Assembly: GCA_025927765.1 (NCBI GenBank)
Contig: JAICKU010000009.1
Coordinates: forward strand, 2,365-66,364
Origin: Burkholderiales bacterium
GTDB taxonomy: Bacteria; Pseudomonadota; Gammaproteobacteria; Burkholderiales; Casimicrobiaceae
Length of the DNA: 64,000 nucleotides
Direction of reading: 5' to 3'
The position numbers were made by a program, and so were the translations under genes. Shown here piece after piece: positions 10,068-18,725 of this stretch. Under the pieces are notes generated by a model. The model was not told the DNA's origin. It did no database searches and worked only from the letters and a program-made list of their open reading frames with translations. Within the stretch, counting starts at the first letter, position 1, and each line of letters opens with the position of its first letter.

Positions 10068-10847
10068 ATGCCGTACGCACCCATCGAGCACGAAGCCAGC
10101 CCGCGTACGGTCGCTTCGCACAGCCAATCGGCGTTGCTCGGCACCGCGGCCGTGCTCATCTGGAACGACGTGGCGCCGGAGGGCCGCGATGCGTTCTACG
10201 CATGGCACGACAAGGAACACATTCCCGAACGGCTTGCGCTTCCCGGATTTCTTCGCGGGCGCCGATTCGTCAAGTCCGGACATTCGCCCGAATGGTTGAC
10301 GATGTACGAGGCGCGCGACCTCAGCCCGCTCGTGTCGCCGGAATACCTCGCGCGCCTCAACGCGCCGACCCCCGCGACGTCTGCCACGCTCAAGTATTTT
10401 CGCAATACGTCGCGTGCCGTGTGCCGGGCCGTCCACTCGACGGGCGGGAGCACCGGTGGTCATGTGCTGGCGCTGCGCTTGAGCATCGATGCGGTGCACG
10501 GCGACGCGTTGTGCCGGTACCTCACCAACGACGCCTTCCCGCGAACAATGCGGCGAGCCGGCGTTTTGGCCTGCCATCTATTCGCGAGCGATACGCCGGC
10601 GAGCTACGTGAACACCGCGGAGTCGAGCACACGCACGTTCGACGTACCCGCGTGGGTGCTGCTGTGCGAGGCGAGCACCGCGGGCGCCGCCGCGGCGGCG
10701 AAGCGCGATATCGAGGGCGCCGAATTCGCCCGGCTTGGCGTCGAGGTGCGCAACGACTGGGCGGTGTACGCGCTCGAGATCAGCCGGCTTGCGCGCGACG
10801 GTTGCAGCGCGGGCATCGGCGATGAACGAGAGGGGAAACCGAAATGA
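10068..10847 (+). CDS. Hypothetical protein (family not confidently recognised)
   Basis: 259-aa ORF with good third-position GC bias. Same strand as the cluster, with a 4-nt overlap onto the next gene. I identified no diagnostic motif. Confidence 0.6.
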   Translation: MPYAPIEHEASPRTVASHSQSALLGTAAVLIWNDVAPEGRDAFYAWHDKEHIPERLALPGFLRGRRFVKSGHSPEWLTMYEARDLSPLVSPEYLARLNAPTPATSATLKYFRNTSRAVCRAVHSTGGSTGGHVLALRLSIDAVHGDALCRYLTNDAFPRTMRRAGVLACHLFASDTPASYVNTAESSTRTFDVPAWVLLCEASTAGAAAAAKRDIEGAEFARLGVEVRNDWAVYALEISRLARDGCSAGIGDEREGKPK

Positions 10848-11695
10848 AGCTGGTCAGGCATGGACCGAAGGGCAACGAGCGTCCAGGCATCGTCGACGCG
10901 GCGGGCAACATTCGCGATTTGAGCGGCGTCTGCGACGACTTCACGTCCGTATTCTTCGCGCACGATGGATTGCGAAAGCTGCGCGACGTGCAAGTGTCAT
11001 CGCTACCGGTCGTCGGGAAAGGCACACGGCTCGGCGCCTGCATCGCGCAGCCGGGGAATTTCATCGCGATCGGGCTCAACTACGTGCAGCACGCGCGCGA
11101 GACGAACGCGCCGATTCCCACCGATCCGATCCTCTTCAACAAGGCACCGTCGTGCATCTCCGGGCCGTTCGATCCGGTCGTGCTGCCGAAGAATTCGACG
11201 AAGACCGATTGGGAAGTCGAACTCGCGCTCGTGATCGGCAAGGAGGCGCACTGCGTCGACGAGGCGAGTGCGCTCGACTGCGTCGCCGGCTACTGCGTGT
11301 GCAACGACGTGTCGGAGCGCGAGTTCCAGCTCGAGCGAAGCGGCCAGTGGGTGAAGGGCAAGATGGCGCCGACGTTCGGGCCGCTCGGCCCGTGGCTCGT
11401 GACGCCCGACGAGATCGGCGACGTGCAGAACCTGCGGCTGTGGCTGGAGCTCAATGGCAGGCGCATCCAGGACTCGTCGACGAGCGACATGATCTTCTCC
11501 GTCGCGCACCTCGTTGCGGACACGAGCCAGTACGTCGTGTTGCAGCCGGGCGACGTGATCACGACGGGCACGCCGCCCGGAGTCGGTCTGGGCATGAAGC
11601 CGCCGCAGTTCCTAAAGCCGGGCGACGTGATGCGACTGGGGGTCGAGGGTCTTGGCGTGCAGGAGCAACGCGTCATTCGCTGGGAAGAACGATAG
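10844..11695 (+). CDS. Fumarylacetoacetate hydrolase (FAH) family protein
   Basis: 283 aa with MKLVRHGPKGNERPGIVDAAGNIRDLS, DWEVELALVIGK, GYCVCNDVSEREFQ, KGKMAPTFGPLGPWLVT and LQPGDVITTGTPPGVG, all typical FAH-fold motifs. Confidence 0.9.
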   Translation: MKLVRHGPKGNERPGIVDAAGNIRDLSGVCDDFTSVFFAHDGLRKLRDVQVSSLPVVGKGTRLGACIAQPGNFIAIGLNYVQHARETNAPIPTDPILFNKAPSCISGPFDPVVLPKNSTKTDWEVELALVIGKEAHCVDEASALDCVAGYCVCNDVSEREFQLERSGQWVKGKMAPTFGPLGPWLVTPDEIGDVQNLRLWLELNGRRIQDSSTSDMIFSVAHLVADTSQYVVLQPGDVITTGTPPGVGLGMKPPQFLKPGDVMRLGVEGLGVQEQRVIRWEER

Positions 11696-11717
11696 GGAGC
11701 AAGCGGAAAGCACTCGC

Positions 11718-13337
11718 ATGGAAAAGATCACGGCAGACGACGCGGCGCAGTTGATCCGGGACGGCGACGCGATCCTCATCAGCGGTTCGGGCGGCGGGCA
11801 CTCGGTGCCCGAGGCGCTGCTCGCGGCGGTCGAGCGGCGCTTCCTCGCCGAGCAGAAGCCGCGCGGCATCACGTCGGTCAGCATCGTCGGCATCGGCGAC
11901 CGTGCCGCCCTCGGCGCGACGCATCTTGCGCACGAAGGATTGCTGAAGCGCGCCATCACGAGCGCGCTCGTCGACTCGCCCGGTCTCGTTCGCTTGGCGG
12001 CCGAAGACCGGATCGAGGCGTATACGCTGCCGCAGGGCGTGCTGTCGCAGCTGATGCGCGACATGGCCGCGGGTCGTCCGGGCCTGCTCACGAAAACCGG
12101 CCTGCACACGTTCGTCGATCCGCGCCAGCAGGGCGCCCGGCAAAGCCCACGCACGCCGCCCGATTTCGTCGAGGTCGTCGAGCTCGCCGGCGAGGAGTGG
12201 CTGTTCTTCAAGCCGGTGCCGGTGAACGTCGCGTTCCTGCGCGGCACGACCGCCGACGAGGACGGCAACGTGACGATGGAGGAAGAGGCGGTGCTCGGCG
12301 AGATGCTGCCGATGGCGCAGGCGACGCGCCGCGCGGGCGGTGTCGTCGTCGTGCAGGTCAAGCGCATGGCGCGCCGCGACACGCTGCCGGCGAAGCAGGT
12401 GCGCATTCCCGGCATCCTCGTCGACTTCGTCGTCGTCGAACCGGAGCAGCGGCAAACGTACGCGACGCACTACGACCCCAGTTATTCGGGCGAATTGCGC
12501 ATCCCGGTCGAGCACATCAAGTCGTTGCCGTTCGGGCCGCGCAAGGTGATCGTGCGCCGCGCCGCGATGGAATTGTTCCCCGGCGCAATCTGCAACCTCG
12601 GCGCGGGCGTGTCGACGGGGATCTCGACGATCGCCGCCGAAGAAGGACTGCTCGACGCCGTGCACCTCACGAACGAGCAGGGCATCGTCGGCGGGGCGCC
12701 GATCACCGGGCGCGACTCGGGGGGCGGTCAGAATTTCGCGGCGATGATCGAGCAGCCGGCGCAATTCGACTTCTACGACGGCGGTGGACTCGACCTCGCG
12801 TTCCTGTCGTTCGCCGAGGTCGATCCACAGGGCAACGTCAACGTGAGCCGCTTCGGCGACAAGATCATCGGCGTCGGCGGCTTCATCAACATCAGCCAGA
12901 ACGCCCGGTGCGTGGTGTTCAGCGGCACGCTGACCGCAGGCGACCTCGACATCGGATGGGAAGACGCCCGCACGATCATCCGGAAGGAGGGCCGGCACCG
13001 AAAGTTCGTGCCGAAGCTCGAGCAGATCTGCTACAGCGCCGAGATCGGTCGCGCGAAGGGGCAGCTCACGCTGTTCGTCACCGAGCGCGCGGTCTTTCGT
13101 GTCGGCCGCGATGGTCTCGAGCTGGTCGAGATCGCGCCCGGGCTCGATGCCGAGCGCGACGTGATCGCGCACATGGGCTTCCGCCCGCGTGTCGCGAGCG
13201 ACCTGCGAGAGATGGATCGCCGCATCTTCGACCCGGCGCCGATGGAGCTCGCCGCGTACGTGCGCGCGAAGTCGCGCCGCTACCGCTCGCCACGCGTCGC
13301 GCAATGGTACGAGGCGCGCAAGGCAAGCGTCGGCTAG
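11718..13337 (+). CDS. Fused alpha/beta family-I acyl-CoA:acetate/3-ketoacid CoA-transferase (E. coli YdiF-like)
   Basis: I prefer ATG 11718 (MEKITADDAAQLIRDGDAILISGSGGGH); the longest ORF starts at 11652. Collinear YdiF-type blocks are present: GLHTFVDPRQQG, VRIPGILVDFVVV, FDFYDGGGLDLAFLSFAEVDPQGNVNVSRFG. Confidence 0.88.
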   Translation: MEKITADDAAQLIRDGDAILISGSGGGHSVPEALLAAVERRFLAEQKPRGITSVSIVGIGDRAALGATHLAHEGLLKRAITSALVDSPGLVRLAAEDRIEAYTLPQGVLSQLMRDMAAGRPGLLTKTGLHTFVDPRQQGARQSPRTPPDFVEVVELAGEEWLFFKPVPVNVAFLRGTTADEDGNVTMEEEAVLGEMLPMAQATRRAGGVVVVQVKRMARRDTLPAKQVRIPGILVDFVVVEPEQRQTYATHYDPSYSGELRIPVEHIKSLPFGPRKVIVRRAAMELFPGAICNLGAGVSTGISTIAAEEGLLDAVHLTNEQGIVGGAPITGRDSGGGQNFAAMIEQPAQFDFYDGGGLDLAFLSFAEVDPQGNVNVSRFGDKIIGVGGFINISQNARCVVFSGTLTAGDLDIGWEDARTIIRKEGRHRKFVPKLEQICYSAEIGRAKGQLTLFVTERAVFRVGRDGLELVEIAPGLDAERDVIAHMGFRPRVASDLREMDRRIFDPAPMELAAYVRAKSRRYRSPRVAQWYEARKASVG

Positions 13338-13347
13338 GGTGACGGCG

Positions 13348-14175
13348 ATGACATTGACGGGGAGGACGCGCCTGTACGCGATCATCGGCGATCCGATCGC
13401 GCAGGTGCGCTCGCCCGGGATTTATACGGAGCGCTTCGCGTCGATGGGCGTCGACGCGGTGCTCGTGCCGATGCACGTCCCTGCGGAGCGTTTCGACACG
13501 ATCGTCCCCGCGCTTCTCGCGCTCGGCAATCTCGACGGACTGATCGTCACCGTTCCCTTCAAGGTGCGAATCGTCTCCTTCGCGCAACGACTCGGCGCGA
13601 CCGCCCGGACGGTCGGTGCGGCGAACGCATTGCGACGCGAACCGGACGGCTCGTGGACCGCAGACATGTTCGATGGACTCGGGTTCGTGCGCGGCGCCGA
13701 GCGCAAGGGCGAGCGCATCCGGGGACGCTCGGTGGCCCTGTTCGGCGCCGGCGGCGCCGGCAGCGCGATCGCATGCGCGCTCGCCGACGCGGGTGTCACG
13801 TCGATCGACATCATCGAACCGGACGCACAGAAGGCGCAAGCGCTGATGGCGCGATTGGAGAATGCGTTTCCCCGCTGCGTGTTCGGCGTTGCAGAACGCG
13901 TGCGCGACGGGATCGACATGGTGGTCAACGCATCGCCGGTCGGCATGCGCGCCGACGACGGCCTGCCAGGCCCGCTCGGCAAGCTCGATCCGGCCACGCT
14001 CGTTGGCGACGTCGTCATTCGCGAAACGCCCACGGCGCTGATCCAGCTCGCCATGCGATGCGACTGCCATTGGGTCGACGGCCGCGACCTCTTCACCGGG
14101 CAGATCGAAGCGTTGTCGGCGTTCCTGACATCGGCGTCGCATGCACACGCCATCGCTCGCGATCCATCGCACTGA
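13348..14175 (+). CDS. Shikimate/quinate dehydrogenase family protein (AroE/YdiB-like)
   Basis: I prefer ATG 13348 (MTLTGRTRLYAIIGDPIAQVRSPGIYTERF...). The upstream part of the longest ORF overlaps the CoA-transferase gene. Rossmann loop GRSVALFGAGGAGSAIACALADAG. Confidence 0.8.
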   Translation: MTLTGRTRLYAIIGDPIAQVRSPGIYTERFASMGVDAVLVPMHVPAERFDTIVPALLALGNLDGLIVTVPFKVRIVSFAQRLGATARTVGAANALRREPDGSWTADMFDGLGFVRGAERKGERIRGRSVALFGAGGAGSAIACALADAGVTSIDIIEPDAQKAQALMARLENAFPRCVFGVAERVRDGIDMVVNASPVGMRADDGLPGPLGKLDPATLVGDVVIRETPTALIQLAMRCDCHWVDGRDLFTGQIEALSAFLTSASHAHAIARDPSH

Positions 14176-14184
14176 TCCCGCCTG

Positions 14185-15021
14185 ATGGCCCACATTCCCG
14201 CCGAACGCTGCCTTGCGATCATCGAACTGCTCGCCGATGGCGCACGCGAGCTGCCACTGGGCGAGATCGCCGAGCGGCTGTCGCTTCCGAAAAGCGGTGC
14301 GCACCGTCTGCTCGCCACACTCGTCGACATCGGCTGGGCCGAGAAGAATGGCGACACCGGCTTCTATCGGCTGTCGATGCGCCTCGCCGTGCTCGGCCAG
14401 CAGTTCTACGTCGCGACCGGCATTCCCGATATCTGCCAGCCGCTGCTCGACCGCCTCGCGCAGCAGTGCCGCGAGTTCGTGCGGCTCGCCGTCGTCGACG
14501 GCCATTCACTCGTCTGGGTCGCGCACGCGCAGGGCGCATCGGCCGGGTTGATGTATCAACCTTCGCTCGCCTCGAACACGGTCCCGCTGTTCGCGACGGC
14601 GAGCGGCAAGGCATGGCTTGCCACGCTTCCCACCGACGAGGCGATGCAGAGGGTGGCGAAGAACGGGGGACTGAAGGATGCCGAGCGTTACGGGCCCAAC
14701 GTCGTCCGATCGGTCGAGGCGTTCCTCCGCGAGCTCAAGGCCACGTCGCGGCGCGGTTATGGCATCGCGTTGAGCGAGGCCGAGTTCGGCGTGACGGCGG
14801 TGGCGGCGGCGATTCGCGGCGCTGACGACACCGCCGCGGTCGGCACGGTGAGCATCGCGGGCCCGAGCGCCCGGGTCACCGAAAGGCGCGCCCAGGAGCT
14901 TGCGCCGCTCGTGCTTCGCACCGCGAGCGAACTGGCAAGCCTCTGGCCGCTTCGCGTCGGTTCGGCGGGCACTCATGCGCGACCGGAGCGCACGCGTGCG
15001 CGCCGCGCGGTCGCGGTATAG
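14185..15021 (+). CDS. IclR family transcriptional regulator
   Basis: 278 aa. N-terminal winged HTH (ERCLAIIELLADGARELPLGEIAERLSLPKSGAHRLLATLVDIGW) and a C-terminal IclR effector-type domain. Confidence 0.88.
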   Translation: MAHIPAERCLAIIELLADGARELPLGEIAERLSLPKSGAHRLLATLVDIGWAEKNGDTGFYRLSMRLAVLGQQFYVATGIPDICQPLLDRLAQQCREFVRLAVVDGHSLVWVAHAQGASAGLMYQPSLASNTVPLFATASGKAWLATLPTDEAMQRVAKNGGLKDAERYGPNVVRSVEAFLRELKATSRRGYGIALSEAEFGVTAVAAAIRGADDTAAVGTVSIAGPSARVTERRAQELAPLVLRTASELASLWPLRVGSAGTHARPERTRARRAVAV

Positions 15022-15134
15022 CCAACCCTGTAGCGTGTACGCGCCGGAGGCTGGTGTTTGAGAACGATTCGCTGGCATCATCGGCTGCAGCGACGTACCT
15101 GCCGATGAAATTGACGATGGGGCGATAAGCCGTC

Positions 15135-15488
15135 ATGCGAGCACCTGCATGGAGACGGAGTGGTCGAGAACCGGACTACAGGTTCTCGTTGGCGAACGAG
15201 AGGACGTTTCTCGCTTGGATTCGCACGGCGCTGGCTTTGCTGGCGGGCGGCGTCCTGCTCGACCAGTTCGCGACGAAGCTCGAGCCGCGCCAGGTTGTCA
15301 CCGGTCTTGCACTGGGACTCGCGATCCTCTCGTCGGTCCTATGTTCGGTCGCGTACCTGCGCTGGAAGGCGAACGAGATCGCCATGCGGCACGATCGCCC
15401 GATGCCGGCGACCATTGCGATTCCGCTTCTGGCACTTTGCGCGACGATCGTGTCCGGCGTGATCGCTGCGGTCGCGTGGCTGAGATGA
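15135..15488 (+). CDS. DUF202 (YidH-like) membrane protein
   Basis: 117 aa. RFSLANERTFLAWIRTALALLAGG is the DUF202 signature; three TM helices. Confidence 0.8.
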   Translation: MRAPAWRRSGREPDYRFSLANERTFLAWIRTALALLAGGVLLDQFATKLEPRQVVTGLALGLAILSSVLCSVAYLRWKANEIAMRHDRPMPATIAIPLLALCATIVSGVIAAVAWLR

Positions 15489-15805
15489 CCCCGAAGGATA
15501 CCGGTCTTCAACCCCAGCGTACGGCACTGGCCTGGGTGCGAACCGGACTGGCGGTGCTCGTCAACGCGGTCGTCGTTCTTCGTGCCGGCATAGAGGCCGA
15601 ACGCCCATTCATTCTGGCGTTGGGCGTCGTTCTTCTGTGCGCCGTCGCCGCCTTGGTGGCCTGCGGAACCTGGCGTGCTCGCGAGTTGACGTCGCGTGCC
15701 GAGCGTACGGCGCCGCATTGGATGCTCATCGCTGCAACGAGCGGCGTGGTGTGGATTGCCTGTATCGGAGGAATTGCGTCGATCGTGACGACGCTGCCCG
15801 AGTAG
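15485..15805 (+). CDS. DUF202 (YidG-like) membrane protein
   Basis: Internal ATG 15485 of ORF 15149-15805 (ATGA overlap with the previous stop). MTPKDTGLQPQRTALAWVRTGLAVLVNAVVVL is a second DUF202 motif. Confidence 0.75.
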   Translation: MTPKDTGLQPQRTALAWVRTGLAVLVNAVVVLRAGIEAERPFILALGVVLLCAVAALVACGTWRARELTSRAERTAPHWMLIAATSGVVWIACIGGIASIVTTLPE

Positions 15806-15878
15806 GACCGCGAAGCGATCCGGATCCCGAGCGCAGCCGCTCGAAATCATCCGGCATACGCCGCTCCCGGGCCTCGAC

Positions 15879-16967
15879 TCAAGCGGCGGCTGCGCGTTCA
15901 GTCCCGGTCAGCTGGTTCCGTTCGAGACGCTCGTCGACGAGCGCAACGATTTCGTCCAGCGTCTCCGAGTCGAGCTGCAGGGCACGCGCGATGCTGCAAA
16001 CGAGCTTGTCGATGCGCTCGATGTGGAGCGCTCCGCTGAACAGCGCGCGCGCAGCGGACGAGGGCTTGCCGAGTCCCTCCGCCGCCTTCGCGTACTTCGC
16101 GAACGGGACCAGGTCGGAAGGCTCGGCGCCGAGACGCTGGCACATGTTCGCGACCCAGTCGTAAACCTTCTCGGACTTCGCGAGATCGGCATGCACCGCG
16201 TCCTTGATGGAAATCATCGCATCGCGGCGAATGCACCGGTAGTTGCCGGTGATCAGCATCGGCCACTTCGCGAGCGGTACGAAAAGCGACGGGTGCACGC
16301 GCAGCTTGACCGGTATTTCGAATCCGCCGTTTTGCGCCGGAAGCCCGGCGTGCTCGATGTCCGCTTCGAGATTGCGAAGTAACCGGGATCCTTCCTCGCT
16401 TCCAAGGCTGGCTGCCTTGAAATTGGTCGGCAACCCCACGTGCAGGACGTTCTTCGGGCGATCGCTGGGCCGGAATGCCTGCGCATCCGGGCTCGCCAGC
16501 GTGACCTGCGCGGGATCGAAGCCTTCCCACACGGTTGCATCGGTATAGCAGGCTTCGAAATCCGCGACCGGCAAGCGCGGGATCCGCTCGAGATACGGGA
16601 GCGGAGGCATGTTCATGATCGCGAGGCACGGCGTACGCGCTTCGGCAACGCGCGCCATCAACTGGCGAACGCCTTGCGCAGCATACTGAGGCTCCTGCAT
16701 GCCGAGCACCACCAGGTCGAAGCAGGCCGGGTCGACTTCGTCCGGTGTACGAGCATCGAGTTTGCCGTTGCACTGCCTGGATTCGATCTCGATCACCGAT
16801 TCCCGGCCCTTCACCGGGAAGCGTACGAGCGTGCCTTCGCGGTTGATCAGGTCCGCCGTCGATCGCGTGCAGACCAGCGTCACGCGGTGCCCCGCCATGA
16901 CGAGCTTGGTACCCAGTAGAGAGCCATACGAGGCTCCCAGAATCAGAATGTCGTAGCGCGTCTCCAT
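15879..16967 (-). CDS. NAD(P)-binding oxidoreductase, ketopantoate-reductase (ApbA/PanE)-like (tentative)
   Basis: I prefer ATG 16967 (METRYDILILGASYGSLLGTKLVMAGHRVTLV, a Rossmann-type N-terminus). The overall length and helical C-terminal half resemble the KPR-like fold. The assignment is tentative. Confidence 0.5.
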   Translation of the reverse strand: METRYDILILGASYGSLLGTKLVMAGHRVTLVCTRSTADLINREGTLVRFPVKGRESVIEIESRQCNGKLDARTPDEVDPACFDLVVLGMQEPQYAAQGVRQLMARVAEARTPCLAIMNMPPLPYLERIPRLPVADFEACYTDATVWEGFDPAQVTLASPDAQAFRPSDRPKNVLHVGLPTNFKAASLGSEEGSRLLRNLEADIEHAGLPAQNGGFEIPVKLRVHPSLFVPLAKWPMLITGNYRCIRRDAMISIKDAVHADLAKSEKVYDWVANMCQRLGAEPSDLVPFAKYAKAAEGLGKPSSAARALFSGALHIERIDKLVCSIARALQLDSETLDEIVALVDERLERNQLTGTERAAAA

Positions 16968-17036
16968 GGCGGAACTCCTTCCTGGTCGTCGTCCCCGAGC
17001 GGGTGCACTGTAGACAGTATAGGAGCCGGTTGTGAT

Positions 17037-17073
17037 AAATTTCACTAAGGAAATTTCACAAAGTCAATTTCAC
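17037..17073. promoter_or_regulatory. Three direct repeats AATTTCAC at 14-bp spacing (operator candidate) in a divergent promoter region
   Basis: AATTTCAC starts at 17038, 17052 and 17066. The first copy sits inside the palindrome GTGA-TAAATT-TCAC (17032-17045). The last copy ends 12 nt before the GTG start of the XRE-type regulator at 17085. Confidence 0.5.
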
Positions 17074-17084
17074 AGGACACGAAC

Positions 17085-18653
17085 GTGACCCTGCACGCTC
17101 GCAACAGTCACTTTCTCGGCACGAAGCTGCGTGCTCTGCGCAAGCGCAACGGCCTGACGTTGGAAGAGCTGTCGGCGCGCTGCATTCAGCTCGACTCGCA
17201 GAGCGCGCCATCGGTCTCCTACCTCAGCATGATCGAGAGCGGAAAGCGTATTCCGTCGGAGCAGGTGCTGGGTCTGCTGTCTTCCGTGTTCCAGCGGGAA
17301 GCGCGTTGGTTCCTCGACGGGGCTCCCGACTCGGAGGTACCGGCGTCGCCGGAGGCGAAGGCAGCTGCACCCGGTGTGCCGCTGGAGCCCGCATTCCTGT
17401 TTTCGAAGGAGCTGCTCCAGGCAGCGATACCGGAGCTGTTGTCGCAGACGGGCACGACCGGGCGGCAGTTCGCGCACCTCTTGATCCGCTCGCATCAGGA
17501 GATGTCGCGCAACGACTTCCCGGATCTCGAGCGGGCGGCCGAGGGCGTCGGCGACCGGGCGTTTCCCTTGAGCAGCGAGGATCTGATGCGAATGTGCGGC
17601 CATCACGGCCTGGAGCTGTGCTGGTTCGACCGCAAGCCGGTGCTCACGCGCGACAACGATCGCGAGCTGCGCAGCATGGTCCGCTCGTTCTTCGAGCCGC
17701 CGCGAACCGTCTACCTGAACCGCGAGTTGCTGCTCGACGTCCCGCGTCTCAAGTTCGACCTTGCGTCGCACCTGGGGCACAAGGTCCTGCATGATGGTGA
17801 CGGCCTGAAATCGGCCCACGCGACCGGGGGCGAGATGGGGGGAAGCCCGGAGGGCGGGGAAGTGATCGCCGCGGGCATGAGCGCGCGCGACGTGCTGCAC
17901 GCATGGCGCGACTTCGAGTGCAGCTTCTTCGCCGGCGCGTTGCTGTGTCCCAAGATTCCGTTCCGCAGATTCCTCGCGCGCCAGTCCTATCGGGTCGAGG
18001 CGGGCGAAAGCGTCCAGCTCACGCCCGCGGTCGTCATGCGCCGCATGACGAACGTGTCGCCGTATCCCTACTGGCATTTTTTCGACGCCTATCCGCCCGG
18101 GTACCTGCGGGCCGTCTACCGCGGCAACGGCATCCCGCTTCCGTGGGGCAACATGGCGCAAGCAACCGACCCCTGTCCCAACTGGGCCGTCTTTCGCATG
18201 CTGGACGACAACCGCGGTTCGAATCGCGGCTCGCAGATTTCAGTGCTGCGGGACGGCGACCGGTCGCTGCTGTATTGCTGTCACACCCGACGCACGCGCG
18301 ACATGGCAGGGAACTGGCACGTGCTATCGGTGGGCGTCGATCTCGTGCCGGCGTTGCGCTCGCACAGCGACGACGCCGAAGCCATCGTGACGAGCATTGC
18401 GGAAGCATGTCTTCGGCGACGAGGTGAAGGCAGAATCCCGGAGGATGCAGCCCGCACGATCAGGGGGGCGGCGAAAGTCCTGAACATCGCGTGGATCGAG
18501 GATGCGCTGTCCATTCCCGCGCGAATCATTTGTCCACGCAGCACGCATTGCCCGCGGCTCTCGCATTGCGACGGCGCGGCCGCTTCGCGTGCCCGTGAAA
18601 TCACCGATGTTCGCAAGGAGATCGTAAGCAAGGCCAACCGACGATCCGCGTAG
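17085..18653 (+). CDS. XRE-family transcriptional regulator with large C-terminal region (ScfR/PrpR/RamB-like short-chain acyl-CoA regulator type)
   Basis: 522 aa, GTG start with AGGA 7 nt upstream. N-terminal HTH LGTKLRALRKRNGLTLEELSARC...SVSYLSMIESGKRIPS. The C-terminal ~400 aa include a degenerate ImmA-like segment (ASHLGHKVLH). Domain assignment beyond the HTH is tentative. Confidence 0.6.
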   Translation: MTLHARNSHFLGTKLRALRKRNGLTLEELSARCIQLDSQSAPSVSYLSMIESGKRIPSEQVLGLLSSVFQREARWFLDGAPDSEVPASPEAKAAAPGVPLEPAFLFSKELLQAAIPELLSQTGTTGRQFAHLLIRSHQEMSRNDFPDLERAAEGVGDRAFPLSSEDLMRMCGHHGLELCWFDRKPVLTRDNDRELRSMVRSFFEPPRTVYLNRELLLDVPRLKFDLASHLGHKVLHDGDGLKSAHATGGEMGGSPEGGEVIAAGMSARDVLHAWRDFECSFFAGALLCPKIPFRRFLARQSYRVEAGESVQLTPAVVMRRMTNVSPYPYWHFFDAYPPGYLRAVYRGNGIPLPWGNMAQATDPCPNWAVFRMLDDNRGSNRGSQISVLRDGDRSLLYCCHTRRTRDMAGNWHVLSVGVDLVPALRSHSDDAEAIVTSIAEACLRRRGEGRIPEDAARTIRGAAKVLNIAWIEDALSIPARIICPRSTHCPRLSHCDGAAASRAREITDVRKEIVSKANRRSA

Positions 18654-18725
18654 GTACCGTTTCGCGCCGTCCGCCTGCACGGTACGATGCACGTCGGCGA
18701 GCGATCGTGATCGAGGAGGGCGGCA

